From Antedon mediterranea (taxonomy: Eukaryota; Animalia; Echinodermata), in assembly GCF_964355755.1 (NCBI RefSeq), contig NC_092675.1:15720912-15784911 (forward strand): a DNA stretch of 64,000 nt. The letters are read 5' to 3'. Position numbers and translations under genes: made by a program. Within the stretch, counting starts at the first letter, position 1, and every line of letters begins with the position of its first letter. Positions 12,301 to 24,800 of the stretch are shown here, piece after piece. Below the pieces are notes generated by a model. That model was not told the DNA's origin, ran no database searches, and worked only from the letters and a program-made list of their open reading frames with translations.

Positions 12301-15300
12301 TTATCTCTGTAAGTACAGGTCGTAGAAACTTAAATTTAGTATCAAATTGTTAGAAATACACATATTTACATTCATTCTAACAGAAAATTTGGATAAAAGA
12401 TGATCATAAATACTATTAATTACTAATCTTTTAAATGAAAAACATATCTACCCAACTTATCATTAGACAGTAATGTTATGCAATAATTGATGCCTAATGA
12501 TTTATTATACTGTAGGAATTAAAACAAATCCTTTACTGTTTGTAATAATTGTAGGCCTACTTTTGCTTATAATAATGCTAGAAATTATTGTTAACCCCCG
12601 AACATTTTGAGAATGCTAGAAGTAATTTACTGTAGTTACCCGTATAAAAGCCTCGGGCATTTATTTATTCAGGGAAGGCGTTTATTTTGTTGGGTGTAAT
12701 AATGGTAACATGTATAATCAAATAAATACACCCCAGATATATATATATATATAAAATATATATTATATAATAAGAATAATAACGGGATTAAACCTCATTC
12801 TATCCTGGAGGAAGTACAATCATGTAATAAAAGGTATCGGAGACCACAATAATAGACCAAGTCATTGTCATTATTACGTAACACTGTTGCATAATAGTTT
12901 TGAATGTCAACGACAAAACTTATACATATACACGTCTGTTCCCAGTGTAGATAATAAAACAATATATATTTCTGGAGATTTATTATCAATACCACTAGAA
13001 ACTTTGACATGTTTTAGGTACTGAATGCATTGACAATAAAAGCATCAGAAGTTTATCATGATAAAATCATACTACAACACTGTACTACAGTACACAAGGG
13101 TGTTTTCAGGAAAGCTGGACATATTGTACAATAGTAATGAAACTATGTATTGGCATTTAAAACTATGCAAAAGATTGTTGTCAAATTGTAGTTACAAACA
13201 AATAGATGATAGAATGAAGATCCATTATGAGTGCAATCATAGAGATATTATAGTGAACTATAATATCTCTATGGTGCAATCGTGTCAGGATAATGATGTG
13301 TCATTGTTTTATATCATTATACTGGCACCTGGAGGTGAAGATCCATTTAATATCACTTTTATTTTAAAAGACAGAAACATTTCGTTAAAAAGCATAAAGA
13401 GGAAAACGAATCATGTAAAGTACCTTTTATCAGTTGAGAAACGAAATACAATTATTAGAGTATTCCTTCAAATAAACGCCACCATTCCCTCCAATAGAAC
13501 ACCATGTGGAATAAACACCCCGCCACATGCATTTACACAATAATTGTATCACGTCAACACATTTCATTAACTACCATAATCTACAATTTACCAAGCATTT
13601 TGACATAATTTTATCACTTTTTGATATTAATTGTGCAGTATTTTTTTCCATCTAGGTGGTATTTATTTGATTATACATGTTACCATATTATACCCCAAAT
13701 AAAGATGCCTCCTTTCCCCCTAAAAACCATTTTGAAAAATAAATGCCAGGGGCGTTTAATCGGATACATATGGCAAGTTACTTCTAGCATTCTGAAAAGA
13801 ACTGTTGAGCTTAACGTTTCTATCAAAATGTCCCCGGGGACAGCAATAACTAGTACTTGAAATTAAAACAATTTAAAGTATCAGTTATTGCATAACATTA
13901 CTGTCTAAGGATAAGTTGTGTAGATATGTTTTTTGTTTGAGACATTAGTAAGAGTATTTCTGTTCCTCTTTTAACCACATTTTCTATTACAATGAATGTA
14001 AATATGTATATTTCGAACAATTTGATACCAAATTTAAGTTTCTACGACCTGTACTTATGAGATATGAAGATGCCCTGGTATGTGGGTCAAAGGTCAGAAA
14101 TAGCATTTCTTATCATTTTTGACTAAAATGCCCCATTAGATGGAATATAAATGCATGCCTTCTGAACATTTTGAGACCAAAATTGACTTGCTGCGACCAG
14201 TGGTTGCCGAGATAAAAGTACCTTTTTTATTTGTTCAAATAACCCTTGACCTTGATCCTTTGACCTTTTGTAAAATTTTTCAAAATGTGTAACAAATAAC
14301 AAAACATATATTTCGAACAATTTAAAACCAAATTCAAGTGTCTACGACCAGTAGTTACGGAGATACATACATGCCCTGGGTTGTGGGTCAAAGGTCATAA
14401 ATGGCATTTCCGGTAATTTTTTACTAAAATGTCCCATTAGACTGAATATAAATGTATACCTTCTGATTAATTTAAGACCAAAATTACCTCGTTGTGACAA
14501 GTGGTTGTTGAGATTTAAGGACATATTTATGTTTGGTCTTATGACCTTTCACCTTGACCTTTTGACCTTTCGCCACATTTTCAAAATGTGTAACCAAGCC
14601 AAATATGATTGTTTGACCACCCTAAACCAATTTCTGAAGTCAAATTCTCTGGACCTCAAAGTGCATACGAAAGTTGATCTAGCTACTAGAGTATATGGAA
14701 TTTTAATAAATCAATATTGAAGTCTCCCATGAGATGACAATTTTTGTTTTCATTGTTAATTTGGGTTAATACATTATCGACGGATTTAGTAAAAGAATCT
14801 AGCCCTCCACAGGGGGCTCTGTAAATAATGCCTATAATATCATTTTTTGTCTTTGAATTTTCAATCTCAACAAAACGTGATTCGGAAAGGTCGTCTGGTA
14901 ATTTTAAGTCATTTCGAATTGTAATGCTAATATCATTACGTATAAAAAATGCAACTCCTCCGCCAATTTGATTATTGCTTCTATTGCTTGCAAAGAAGGA
15001 GTAGTTATTAATGAAAGGAATAGGGGAGTTTTCATTAAGCCATGTTTCACTGATACCGATTATGGAAAATTTGTTATTAATTGAATTCAAAAGGCATTCG
15101 AGATCATTAACTTTATGCGTAATACTTCTAATATTAAGATGCAGGAGAGATAGTTTAGTATTAAAGGATGTATTAAACTTAGAATTAAATTGTGAATAAT
15201 CATAAAAGCTGCATTCATCTAGGGTAACTGACTGTGAATTGAGATTATTAATTAGTTGATCAAAAGATTCATCATATTTGTCATTTTCATTGTAATTAAC

Positions 15301-15405
15301 TGGATTAAAGGTTATGTTAGAAATATCATTGTTGTTAGTAAGTTCAGAGTTCACATTAAAGTCATAAAAAGGAAGTAAGTGAAGATAATTAACATTCATT
15401 AACAA
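9333..15405 (-). pseudogene. LINE ORF2 (AP endonuclease plus reverse transcriptase), disrupted
   Basis: Endonuclease motifs: HLNIRS, IGISETW, GGGVA, IYRAP, MGDFN, IDHF, SDHLP. RT motifs: NYRPISLL, QYGFR, DLSKAFD, GVPQGSVLGPLLF, FADDT. It is split by a 3-kb insertion, has a frameshift near 9900 (FLGVYIHENLKWTSH continues in another frame) and a further lesion near 9825. Confidence 0.92.
11673..14693. mobile_element. Foldback-type DNA transposon, about 1-kb imperfect TIRs, 3-bp TSD (TAT); Academ-like termini
   Basis: TACTCTAGTAGCTAGATCAACTTTCGTATGCA at 11673 has its exact reverse complement ending at 14693. TAT lies at 11670-72 and 14694-96. The arms carry GGTCAAAGGTCA-type subrepeats. Confidence 0.88.
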
Positions 15406-15589
15406 TAGCTGCGTATAGCGTTATCTAAAAAAGAAATACAGAAATAAGCATGCATGAGACTGTATACATTAATACATAATTAATGAGAAGCAAAATAAAC
15501 AATTCTTGAAATAAAAATATATTATAGGTAATATTTCGGTTGACGGTAAGTAGAGTCAAAGTAAAGTTAAATTATTGCGACGACTAGAA

Positions 15590-16438
15590 TTACTCAGTAG
15601 CTTCGGGGGCATGTGCTTCCTTGAGGTTCGGGTAGTATTTGGCAAGATGATCCATGTCGATGAATGTGCGAACATAACCATTTGCATCTATGTAACGCAA
15701 TTTGTCAAGGTGGAGCCAGGCCTTTACTTTGTTGGAATGCAGGTATTTCATCGATGAGTATAATGCCTTTCTTCTACTTATCACTCTGCTGGTAAAATCA
15801 TTATTTACGTAGATGTTATTATCTTTAAATTTAGGTCTCACTTTTGGAGCTGCCTTGCGTACTCTTTCTTTAGTGGAATATCTGAGAAAGTATGCAACAA
15901 GTGGTCTCGGTTTATCCCTGGTGGTATTACGTGGTCCAACTCGATGGGCTCGTTGTATATCATCATTAGCGATTTTGATGCCGGTGGTATTGGAAATAAA
16001 TGAGGAAAGGAAATTAACAGTACCTTCACTATCCTCCGCTTGTTCGGGTATGCCAGTAAACCTCAGATTGTTACGGCGTTGACGTCCTTCTAGGTTGTCG
16101 ATTTTGTCGCGTATCTCTTCTATGCATTCCGTAGTGGATTGCTGCGTATCCTCGGCAATATCCTTCAGCTTAACATCCATGAAATCAGAATTTTCCTGCA
16201 TATCGGCGTGCAAATTCCTCAGTTCTTTTTGTAAACCGGTGATTTCAAGATTGAGGATGGTAATGTCTTTTTCCAAGGAGACAATCTTGGTGACTGCGTC
16301 GCATAATGTTGATTTAATATCAGCAATGGTTTTGCAGCCCATGATTGACTTGATGAGAGTCGACAGCCAGGTGTTCGGTTCAGCGGCGCTGATATTTAAA
16401 TTAGAAATATTTGGCTCATTGTTTTCCACGTTGGCCAT
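15590..16438 (-). CDS. LINE ORF1 protein (L1-ORF1/Transposase_22-like: coiled coil, RRM, CTD), 282 aa
   Basis: A heptad-rich N-terminal half is followed by LEGRQRRNNLRFTGIPE, IQRAHRVG, PRPLVAYF and IYVNNDF motifs typical of L1-type ORF1. Confidence 0.88.
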   Translation of the reverse strand: MANVENNEPNISNLNISAAEPNTWLSTLIKSIMGCKTIADIKSTLCDAVTKIVSLEKDITILNLEITGLQKELRNLHADMQENSDFMDVKLKDIAEDTQQSTTECIEEIRDKIDNLEGRQRRNNLRFTGIPEQAEDSEGTVNFLSSFISNTTGIKIANDDIQRAHRVGPRNTTRDKPRPLVAYFLRYSTKERVRKAAPKVRPKFKDNNIYVNNDFTSRVISRRKALYSSMKYLHSNKVKAWLHLDKLRYIDANGYVRTFIDMDHLAKYYPNLKEAHAPEATE

Positions 16439-16789
16439 TGTAGATGTTTAGTTAGAATAAATAACAAAAGTGTACCTATATTTAATGCAACCGATACGTT
16501 CACTATCCAGGTAGGTATACAGGTCTCATGCAGTTAGTAGCTTATCCTTGCAACATGCTATCACTGGTAAGCGAGTACTGTATCTAAAAACGTATACGTG
16601 TGAGAGCTCCGCTCAAACACGTCTGCACTCGACGAAGGACAATACTATGAGAAGTAGTTATTAAAGTAAGCCTCTACTAATTTTAATCATTAAAACACAA
16701 CTGCAAGTAACAAAAACCTGGTTTTCCCTATCCCTATATATAGGTATTTGTGTATGTTAATAGGCATTTGTGTGTGTTATATAGGCCAA

Positions 16790-17393
16790 AATTAAAAAGT
16801 GCAATTTTCCTCAAGATGGGGATTTTTTTCTGACGTTCTATATGGTATAACCCCCCAAAAATTTTTCCTATACTTTTTTCCTGCAAATGTGTATATTAAC
16901 TGTTCTGCACCCAGGTTATCGGAATGAAAAGTGATTAAAACGTTTTCTGGAAGCCGTTGAATTGTAGATACAAATTCATGTACAAATTGTGCGCATCGGA
17001 TGTTGTGATGTCATTTTGCGTCGGAATTCATGACATTTAAAAGAGAGCGCTTCCATATTCTACGTATCTAAATTTCTTCAACACGTTGAGATGTTGTTGC
17101 TCAGATAATTTACTTCCAAAATTGCTATCTACGCGTTTCATTTTGATGATATGTTAGAAAATTAGATTGAAAGATGGGTCTCGTATGCTACACTGTATAT
17201 AACATACACAGTGTATTCTGTAAATACGGTTATAATACCCAAATGATATAGGTACAATTCAGCACTGTAAACATATTAATTCATGTCATAGGATGGCATA
17301 TTAATTGTTGACGTTCATAATAGTTTTAACATATGTGCATGTTGCATTTGTGCGGATAGCCCAAACTCGTCAAAGTGACGAGTTTAAATGTAG
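16790..17393 (+). mobile_element. 3' fragment of a Helentron-like family (related to 24983-30323)
   Basis: It shares TTTTCTGGAAGCCGTTGA.TTGTAGATA with ~27228 and the sequence of ~29830-30320. It has a terminal hairpin AAACTCGTCAAAGTGACGAGTTT. Confidence 0.65.
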
Positions 17394-17819
17394 TTAATTT
17401 TGACATTGTTTTACGTAATGTTCAGTGAAAACACCGGCTACAGGACCCTGTCTCCATCTCCATGGTTAACTTTCCATTTACACGCCCTTTCTGTTTTTGT
17501 ATTTCTATGACTTTACATCCCAATTTCTCAAGACTAAGCTGTATTTCCTTATCAAGACAAGGGTAAATCTTGTATAGATACTCTAATTGAGTTAGTGGGC
17601 GAATATTTCAAATAAGGGTTCATGTCGGTAAACAGTCACCGTCTTACAGGGAAGAGTGACATTTTTCACTCTTTCAAGACAACTTTGGTTGTCTGGTCAG
17701 GGAAGAGTGAAATGTTTCACAGTTTCTTCCAAGGAAACTTTTATAGTCTAGGCAGGAAAGAGTGAAATGCTTCACTCTTTCTTCTTAGGCAATCTTGAAT
17801 TGCCTTTTTTTTGGTAATA

Positions 17820-17971
17820 CAGTCAACTCTCCCAATACCAGACTTTTTTTGAGGACCAAAAGGTCCCAAATTTATATTTACCATTAAAAACACATTCCGA
17901 ATACCAGACTTTCCGGAAAACCAGACTTATTTGGCTGGCCCAAAGGTGTCCGGTATTGGGAGAGTTGACTG
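17820..17971. mobile_element. Tc1/mariner (pogo-like) MITE, copy 1
   Basis: TIR CAGTCAACTCTCCCAATACC, TA TSD. A near-identical copy is at 28591-28776. Confidence 0.92.
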
Positions 17972-18805
17972 TATTGGTAAAATATTTTGGCACACTCAGC
18001 GCGTCATACATATAATTGAACTGGACAAAAATATCTAAAATGGGTGAGTGTGAAAAGAATGTACAAAATGTGAACAAATTAGGTTTTGGGTTTGTCTTTT
18101 AATTTGTTATTTCTTCACAATACCACCACAAGGATCATAATATTAATTAAACTGTGGAAATTTGATGAACCACGTCAAATAAATTTGCTTGCCCAATATA
18201 TCTATCACTGTAATAAACTAATTATCCTTTAATGTACACATTTATAATACTAAGTCTGTAGGAGGTTGCTCTTGGTAACACAAGTACATCTTGTTAATAA
18301 ATTAAGATGATTTGTAAATTTTGCAGGATCCCGCTGAATATGAAAATTATACTTATATATAAATTATATCCAACAAACATTTATGAATATGTTGAAAAAT
18401 TTAAAACAATTTTAACACTCCAAATGGTAAATTTCAATAAGGTGATATTGAATGCAGATACATCGAATCTTAGTTGCATACAGGGGTAACTATATGATTA
18501 TTGATTATCTAAAACCGTTACAAATATCCATATTATTGCATCACCCAAATATATGCAAATGAGGAACTACAAATTTACATGCTGTATAAAATGTTGGCAC
18601 AGTAATGTTGTAAATATTATCAGAGAACATGAGTTTACTTTTAATAAAATAAATTCACACAAAACTGAAGCTTTAATTGGGAAAGTTTTTTCAAATTGTT
18701 TTATACTATTTTTGATAGATACTACTACATGGATACCAGCTTAGAAGATTTGTTTGCCTAGGCTGTATATGGAGCACCTCTTCTGCTAAGTGATAGTATG
18801 TTGAG

Positions 18806-21800
18806 TTAAGCTTCGAGTTCAAGACCAAGGCCTAGTTTATGTCCACCTTGATTTAGGCACTTGCCATCAATAAGACTAGCAAGTGTCAATTTAATACCTA
18901 TGGGTAACAAAAAAAAATAGATTTACACTCGATTCACAAATCTTACAAAATTTACATAATAATTGTAGAAAAATGTTACCCAAGTATGAACATGATGCGT
19001 CAATAAAATCTTTGAACAAGTCAGAGCACAATTTGATGTAGCACAGCGTGTTTACGAATATGTGCATATATTTCTAAATATTTTTATCACGACAACCCGG
19101 TAAGTTTATACAGACAAAATTCCATGTTATATTTGTGTTGTACGTGTGAAATAGGTAATTACGTGTTACATAATTTTTAAGTACTTACAAAAATATGTTC
19201 CTCTAATCCCTTATTCTCTGAATATATAATATTGCTTAGCATTTGGTATAAGTTTTCATTAAAAAAATAAGCCTTGTATACAATGTGGTATAAAAGATCC
19301 AGGGGACCCCTCCATCTACAAATTAATATACAGATGCACAAAAATAAATCAAAAACTTGTTTACCTGGTCTAAGTGTTTGCGTGTAACCAAGACCAATTT
19401 GACTTGTATTGCTGACCTTTGCCCTAAATGAGGAATCTCCATCTATTGTGTATTTACAGCCTACAGCGAAGCGTGTTGCATTGGTTCCCGATGTCCAGCC
19501 TACGTTGATGGCACTTTCCAGGTTGTCTGATACTTTCTGGTAGACAGACCCACTGAAGTCACTGCCTTCATTGCTGTAGGTGGAAAGAATACAAAAATCC
19601 ATTCTGTTTTGTTTGCTAGATTATCAATATTTAGATATGTAGAATCCAATAATTGCATTTTCAAACAGCAATAAACAATATACCATAGTTCCTCGGGTAT
19701 AATTCCACTCCCTTGTACACGAGCTGTGTGTAAATCAATTGCATGTTTGTTAGACACAAACTAGTGCGCAAGTTCCGGCTGGTGGTGGTGGTATAATCAA
19801 AGTTAGTATACTGTAGCAGACTACACACTACTATACATTGGTATAATCAATGAAGTTAGAGGGCGTTATTTTTTTTTAAACAGCAATAAACAAGCATGCA
19901 AACAACAAGAGTTTACGGCAAAAGTGTGTGCCGACGCGAACGCGACAACAGGAAACATTTTCGTCAGTATTGCATCGCAAAATGCGACGCAACAATCAAC
20001 AATTGCTACACAAATACAGATCCGCATCGCATAACATTGTGATCCAAACTGAAGTCCATGTGATTGTTTTGGCTAGGCATAGGCTACCATAGAACCAACA
20101 TGCCTCTGTGGGCCTAAGATTATTTATAACTTACATTTTTCAGTTGTTGCCATTCGTTTTAAATATAATATTATTCATTGTACTTGTGTTGTTTGTATTC
20201 AATCATTTCGTACATGAATTTTTGGGATCAGATTGCCCTTCGACGACACCTCGCATAATTCCAATAGAGGGCAGCAATTATTGATAATCAAAATTTTGAA
20301 ATGAAAATGTTCCCTGGATGATTGAGGGGATGATAGCCCTTGTTTGTATTCAACTATGATAACCAATATCTGGTTTAAACAATTTGATGAGTTTCAGCCG
20401 AATTAAGCGAAATTACTCTATTTTTTATGAGAATTTTTTTTTTAAATCAACAACCTAAACCTCTACTAAACTTCCAAATGTTATACACCAGGATTTGCTC
20501 AGGGATATGCTTGTATGAGGTGGGACTACACTTGAGGAAATTAATACTACATTGCTTTTCAAGAAAAAGCAGTTAAATTGTATTTTTACTTACACATTGG
20601 TATGAAGTTGGAAGTCATCCTTCTTGTAGCCAAGTGCAAAATTGTTTCGTGTAAGCTTCGACTTGGAGGTGTCAAATGACATTTGATAACCAGCTAACCA
20701 ACCTTCATATCTGATAGAAACAATCATTATATAATTTATCCTTTTAATTATTCATGAAGCAAATAATAAATGCAATAGTGCTAAGTAGGCCCACAACAAT
20801 TGTGGTTACAATCTTTCAAACCTAGTAATACGGTACAACATAATCAGGCATTACCCAAAGACAGCAGCGCCGTATATGGTGGGTCCAGCAAAGTCAAAGT
20901 CAACATCGGCATTCAGGTTGAAATAGTCTCGCTTGTAGCCAGTTTTGATCATTCCACATTTTTTACTGAAAAATGCAAAAATACATCGGTTATACATTTC
21001 ACTTATTATTCATTCATTATTAATTTAGTCTTTCAAAATCACAAAACAGTAAATACCAACAGTAGTGTACTATATACATATAGTACATCAGGGATGTCAC
21101 CAGCTTTTTGGAGTGCCGGTCGGCAAATTTCCCGGGGGAGGGGGGACCCCCCCCCCCGGGGTTTGTCGTTATTTCAGCGAAACATAAAGAATTATGAAAA
21201 TAAATAACAACAAATTGCATCAGGTCTAGGCCTAACCTTGTACCACCGGGGAGTCGCCGTTATTATTCGCGAAAACAAAAAAACGCTCACGAAATGAATA
21301 GCAATAGATCGTGTCAGGCTTAGGCCTAGCCTTGTAGACACTACGACCACTAGGCCTAGCCAAGGCTATAGATAGATGCCCCAAAACCCAAAATCTGAAT
21401 TCCACAAAAACGGGCGCTTCTTTATTTAGGCCTAATCCCTAATCAAATAATGTAGATAAATTATTAGCCTAGACCTTACTACTTGTTGCTCGATATAATG
21501 TTCGTGTTCTTTTGCGCGAGAGTTTTTTAGCGTATTCGCGAATTCCGGATTTTTTGTTTCACAACTGTGCGGCAAGCATGTAGTGCATGGCCGGCAAGAA
21601 CAGAGACACGTGTTTATGGGTTAACTGAAGTTTAGCAACATGAAGTTATCCCAGGGACGTGTAATTATTGTACCATGCTCGGCGATCATAAACGAACGAA
21701 CTTGCCCGGTCTCACTGAACCATGCGCATGTTTTTTTATTTTTTTTAATAGTTCGTAGAGTACAAAAATGTAAAACTAGTAACATAATATAATTAAAGCA

Positions 21801-24800
21801 GGGTGACAAAACATTCAGCAATTAAAAATGATTTTGTTTGGGTCTATGTAGTTGTACATTTTTAATTACTGCGTACTTGTTTGTATTTTTAATCTGTGCA
21901 AAATAAAACGCTTGAATGGTCGCTATGTGAACTTTAAACTTGTACACTGTGCTGTGTAGCACGTTGTTCGCCATGACTCACAAGCTGTAACAATGAATAC
22001 CAGGGCAGGGTAGGCCTGGTATTGTGTTAAATAACGTACGTAACCACGGAAACATTTGCTGTAGTCTTTTGTCTTATCTATATGAGGCTACTTGTCTGTT
22101 ATTAACGATGTGCTAGGTAAAATGTTTTAGTACGAATTTTAGTTAGGCCTAGGCCTAATATAAATATCGTAATGATTAATAAATAATAGTGGTGGTCGGC
22201 AGCCTGTAAATCCTGGTCGGAAATGTTGAGTGCTGGTCGGGGCCGACCAGCGTGGTGACATCCCTGGTACATATTCTCTGCAGCATGTAGTGTTTGTTAA
22301 AGTGGAGCTACACTCAGACTTTCTCAGCTTATATTATGCTTAAATATGTTTAATTGAAAGTGATTACATAAAAAAAAAACAGGGAAAATATGGCAATATT
22401 TTCCAAAAACTAATTTCTAAAAAAAAAAAAAAAATCGGTCAGAAAATAGTGTTTTTTACTACATTACACTTTTTCAGTAACTTAGGGGTTAATAGTTTAC
22501 AATACGTCGCGAAACGCGTTACACTTAGCGACTGACGCGTTTTAGTTGCCGGTGAACGCGTTGGTGAAATGGTAAATTATGTGTTGAAAAATGGCGAATC
22601 AATTTTATACACACAATTAATGCAATTTGTTCAGGCCCAAGTAATATTTACGATAAAAATGTCAGCATAATTTACATGTAACATCATGATTTGCATGCAC
22701 TGTACAACACTAAAACAGCATAATACTCTTAATCAAATTGTTTATTAATTTTAAGCTAGGCTTAAGAATAGGTGTCATATTGGCTGATAATTATATCTAA
22801 TTTAGATACTGCGGTCCGATACAGCCTTCTTTCTCCTTTCACCACCCCAGCCACCATCAACAAACCTTAACTCCTCCCCTAGACAGTTCAAATATAGTAA
22901 CTTTTCCAATCATATAGGCTACTTCATTACGCTAGTATTTTCGCTCCTCCTTCCCCTACAAACACACCCCAGATACACTGGGTGATGTGTTGAAAAGCTT
23001 GATAGAAAGCATGCAGCTCACACAAGTGCATGATGCAATGGTTGAGTGAATTCAGGGATCATCTTAATTCCATGGTTTGTTAACTAAACACCACATGGTG
23101 GTGAATCAGCTCAACATAACTGATGTCACTATGTTAGTCTATGCATCAACCTATTAGTTTACCAGCTTTGCTAAAACTTACCCAGTTTGTGGTGAGAAGG
23201 AGGCATCGAATGTGAGCTTAAGTCCATTTGCAATCTGATTTTCTATGGTAAGCTCTGTGGCAAGGGTGTTGTCGGTGTTCCATTTTTCCTTGAATGTAAA
23301 ACCTGCAATGGTTCACAATTCGAAATGGTTAATAGTGCCAAATAGCATTTTGGTGGCAACATTTGTATTGTTGGGGTGGTTACATTTTTTAGGCTTACCA
23401 ATCCACATAGTGCACCCATAATCCATTTTGGCTGCGGAGCAGAGCAGGTATTTATCCTGCACTCTACATGTGAATGCCAATTACTTTAAATTACAATTCA
23501 TGTGTTTATAATGCTTACCATATTCTGTACATGAATATTTTGTTTCTAAGTTGCCATCGATTTTTCCTGTATCATTGTTGGATGTACCAGTTACATTAAA
23601 GTTCTGTGTTTTGCATAAAAAAAATAACATTAAATAAACATTCAAATTAATGATGGTACTTTATCTTTCAGTTAATCAGAAGGATCTTACTGAAAATAAA
23701 CTTTTGCAATTTAAATGATTGAAATTGGATTATCCATTCAAAAGTTATGGTCCGTTAAAGTGCTAAAAAAACAGTGATTTTGCATTTTTTCCAATTATAT
23801 TTGGAACCATTTTTGAAGGGTTATAACTTTTTTTTATTAATAACCTTAAAGTTCTTATTTTTTGCCAAACCCATATATACAACAGAGTTGTACAAGACTA
23901 TTTTTTTGGGGGGTGTCCTCAACAATTTTTTTTAAAGATATTTTTTTATAATTCTAGTATTTAAATTTATAATTATAATCATATATTAATTTAATTGATT
24001 TTCGAACCGCCAAAAATAAGAATTAAGCCTGTGCTTATTATGTGTTCGATTCCATTTCGAGCGCCGGGCGAAGAAGAAGAATTTTAGTAGGAAATTTTAA
24101 AAATATTTTAATTATCTCTGGGAAGGGGTTGGGAGTTTGGTGTGGGGTCATAGGCCTTCAACATGACTGTAATGGGAATGTACTGTGCAACGACGTTTGA
24201 AAACTGCCACTGAGGGGTTATGGGTTGGGAGTAATGACTTAACACAATTTGTACTAGAAACACATCACCCAGTACGGGGTGTGTTGGGAGGGGGAAAGGC
24301 ATTTGTGGGTAATGAAGTATAACATAATTTTGGAATTGTACTGGGAAAAGTTACTACATTTGAACTGTCCTAGGGAGGAGTTAAGGTTTGTTGATTGTGG
24401 TGGGATGGGGAGAGGAGAAAGAATGCTGGAGAGGGGAGGGGAGAAAGAAGGCTATTGAAGGGGTAATTCAGCGGTATCAAAATTAGATAATTTTAATCAT
24501 TAGCCAATATGACACCTATTCATTTACACTAGGTATCCCAATGAAAAAATTCAGATTAATTTTTTTACTTTTTCTTTCAGTTAACCATAAAGAACTTAAT
24601 GTAATTAGCATTTTGCAATTTAAATGATTGAAATCTGATTACCCGTTCTAAAGTTATGGTTATTTAAAGTGGTAAAAAAAATATACGATTTTTTGCCTAA
24701 AAATTGTGTTTTTTGCAGTTGAAATTGGAAGCATTTTTAAAAGGTTATAACTTTTACAATAATTAGTCAAAAGTTTTGAATTTTGTTAAACCTATAGATA

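Larger units (their letters stand above)
8827..16635 (-). mobile_element. Full-length non-LTR retrotransposon, CR1 group (Crack/Daphne/L2-like), interrupted at 11673-14693
   Basis: ORF1 and an APE-RT ORF2 lie on the minus strand, followed by an AT-rich 3' UTR and a (TCTGAA)n tail at 8827-8850. The 5' end is approximate. No clear TSD. Confidence 0.92.

Noticed and set aside
11673-14693. Tc1/mariner (TA TSD) interpretation of the foldback element
   Set aside because: Removing it with a TA TSD leaves LINE ORF2 out of frame, whereas a 3-bp TAT TSD restores it.
15813-16451. Plus-strand ORFs over LINE ORF1 (also 44400-44684, 48982-49281, 57758-57982)
   Set aside because: These are antisense shadows of real coding sequence.
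19177-19602. 141-aa ORF as a standalone protein or extended VDAC isoform
   Set aside because: Only 19573-19365 is exon. The rest is read-through past canonical splice sites.
23100-23152. Possible intronic C/D snoRNA in VDAC
   Set aside because: The C box is imperfect (TTGATGC), it is only ~45 nt to CTGA, and there is no terminal stem.
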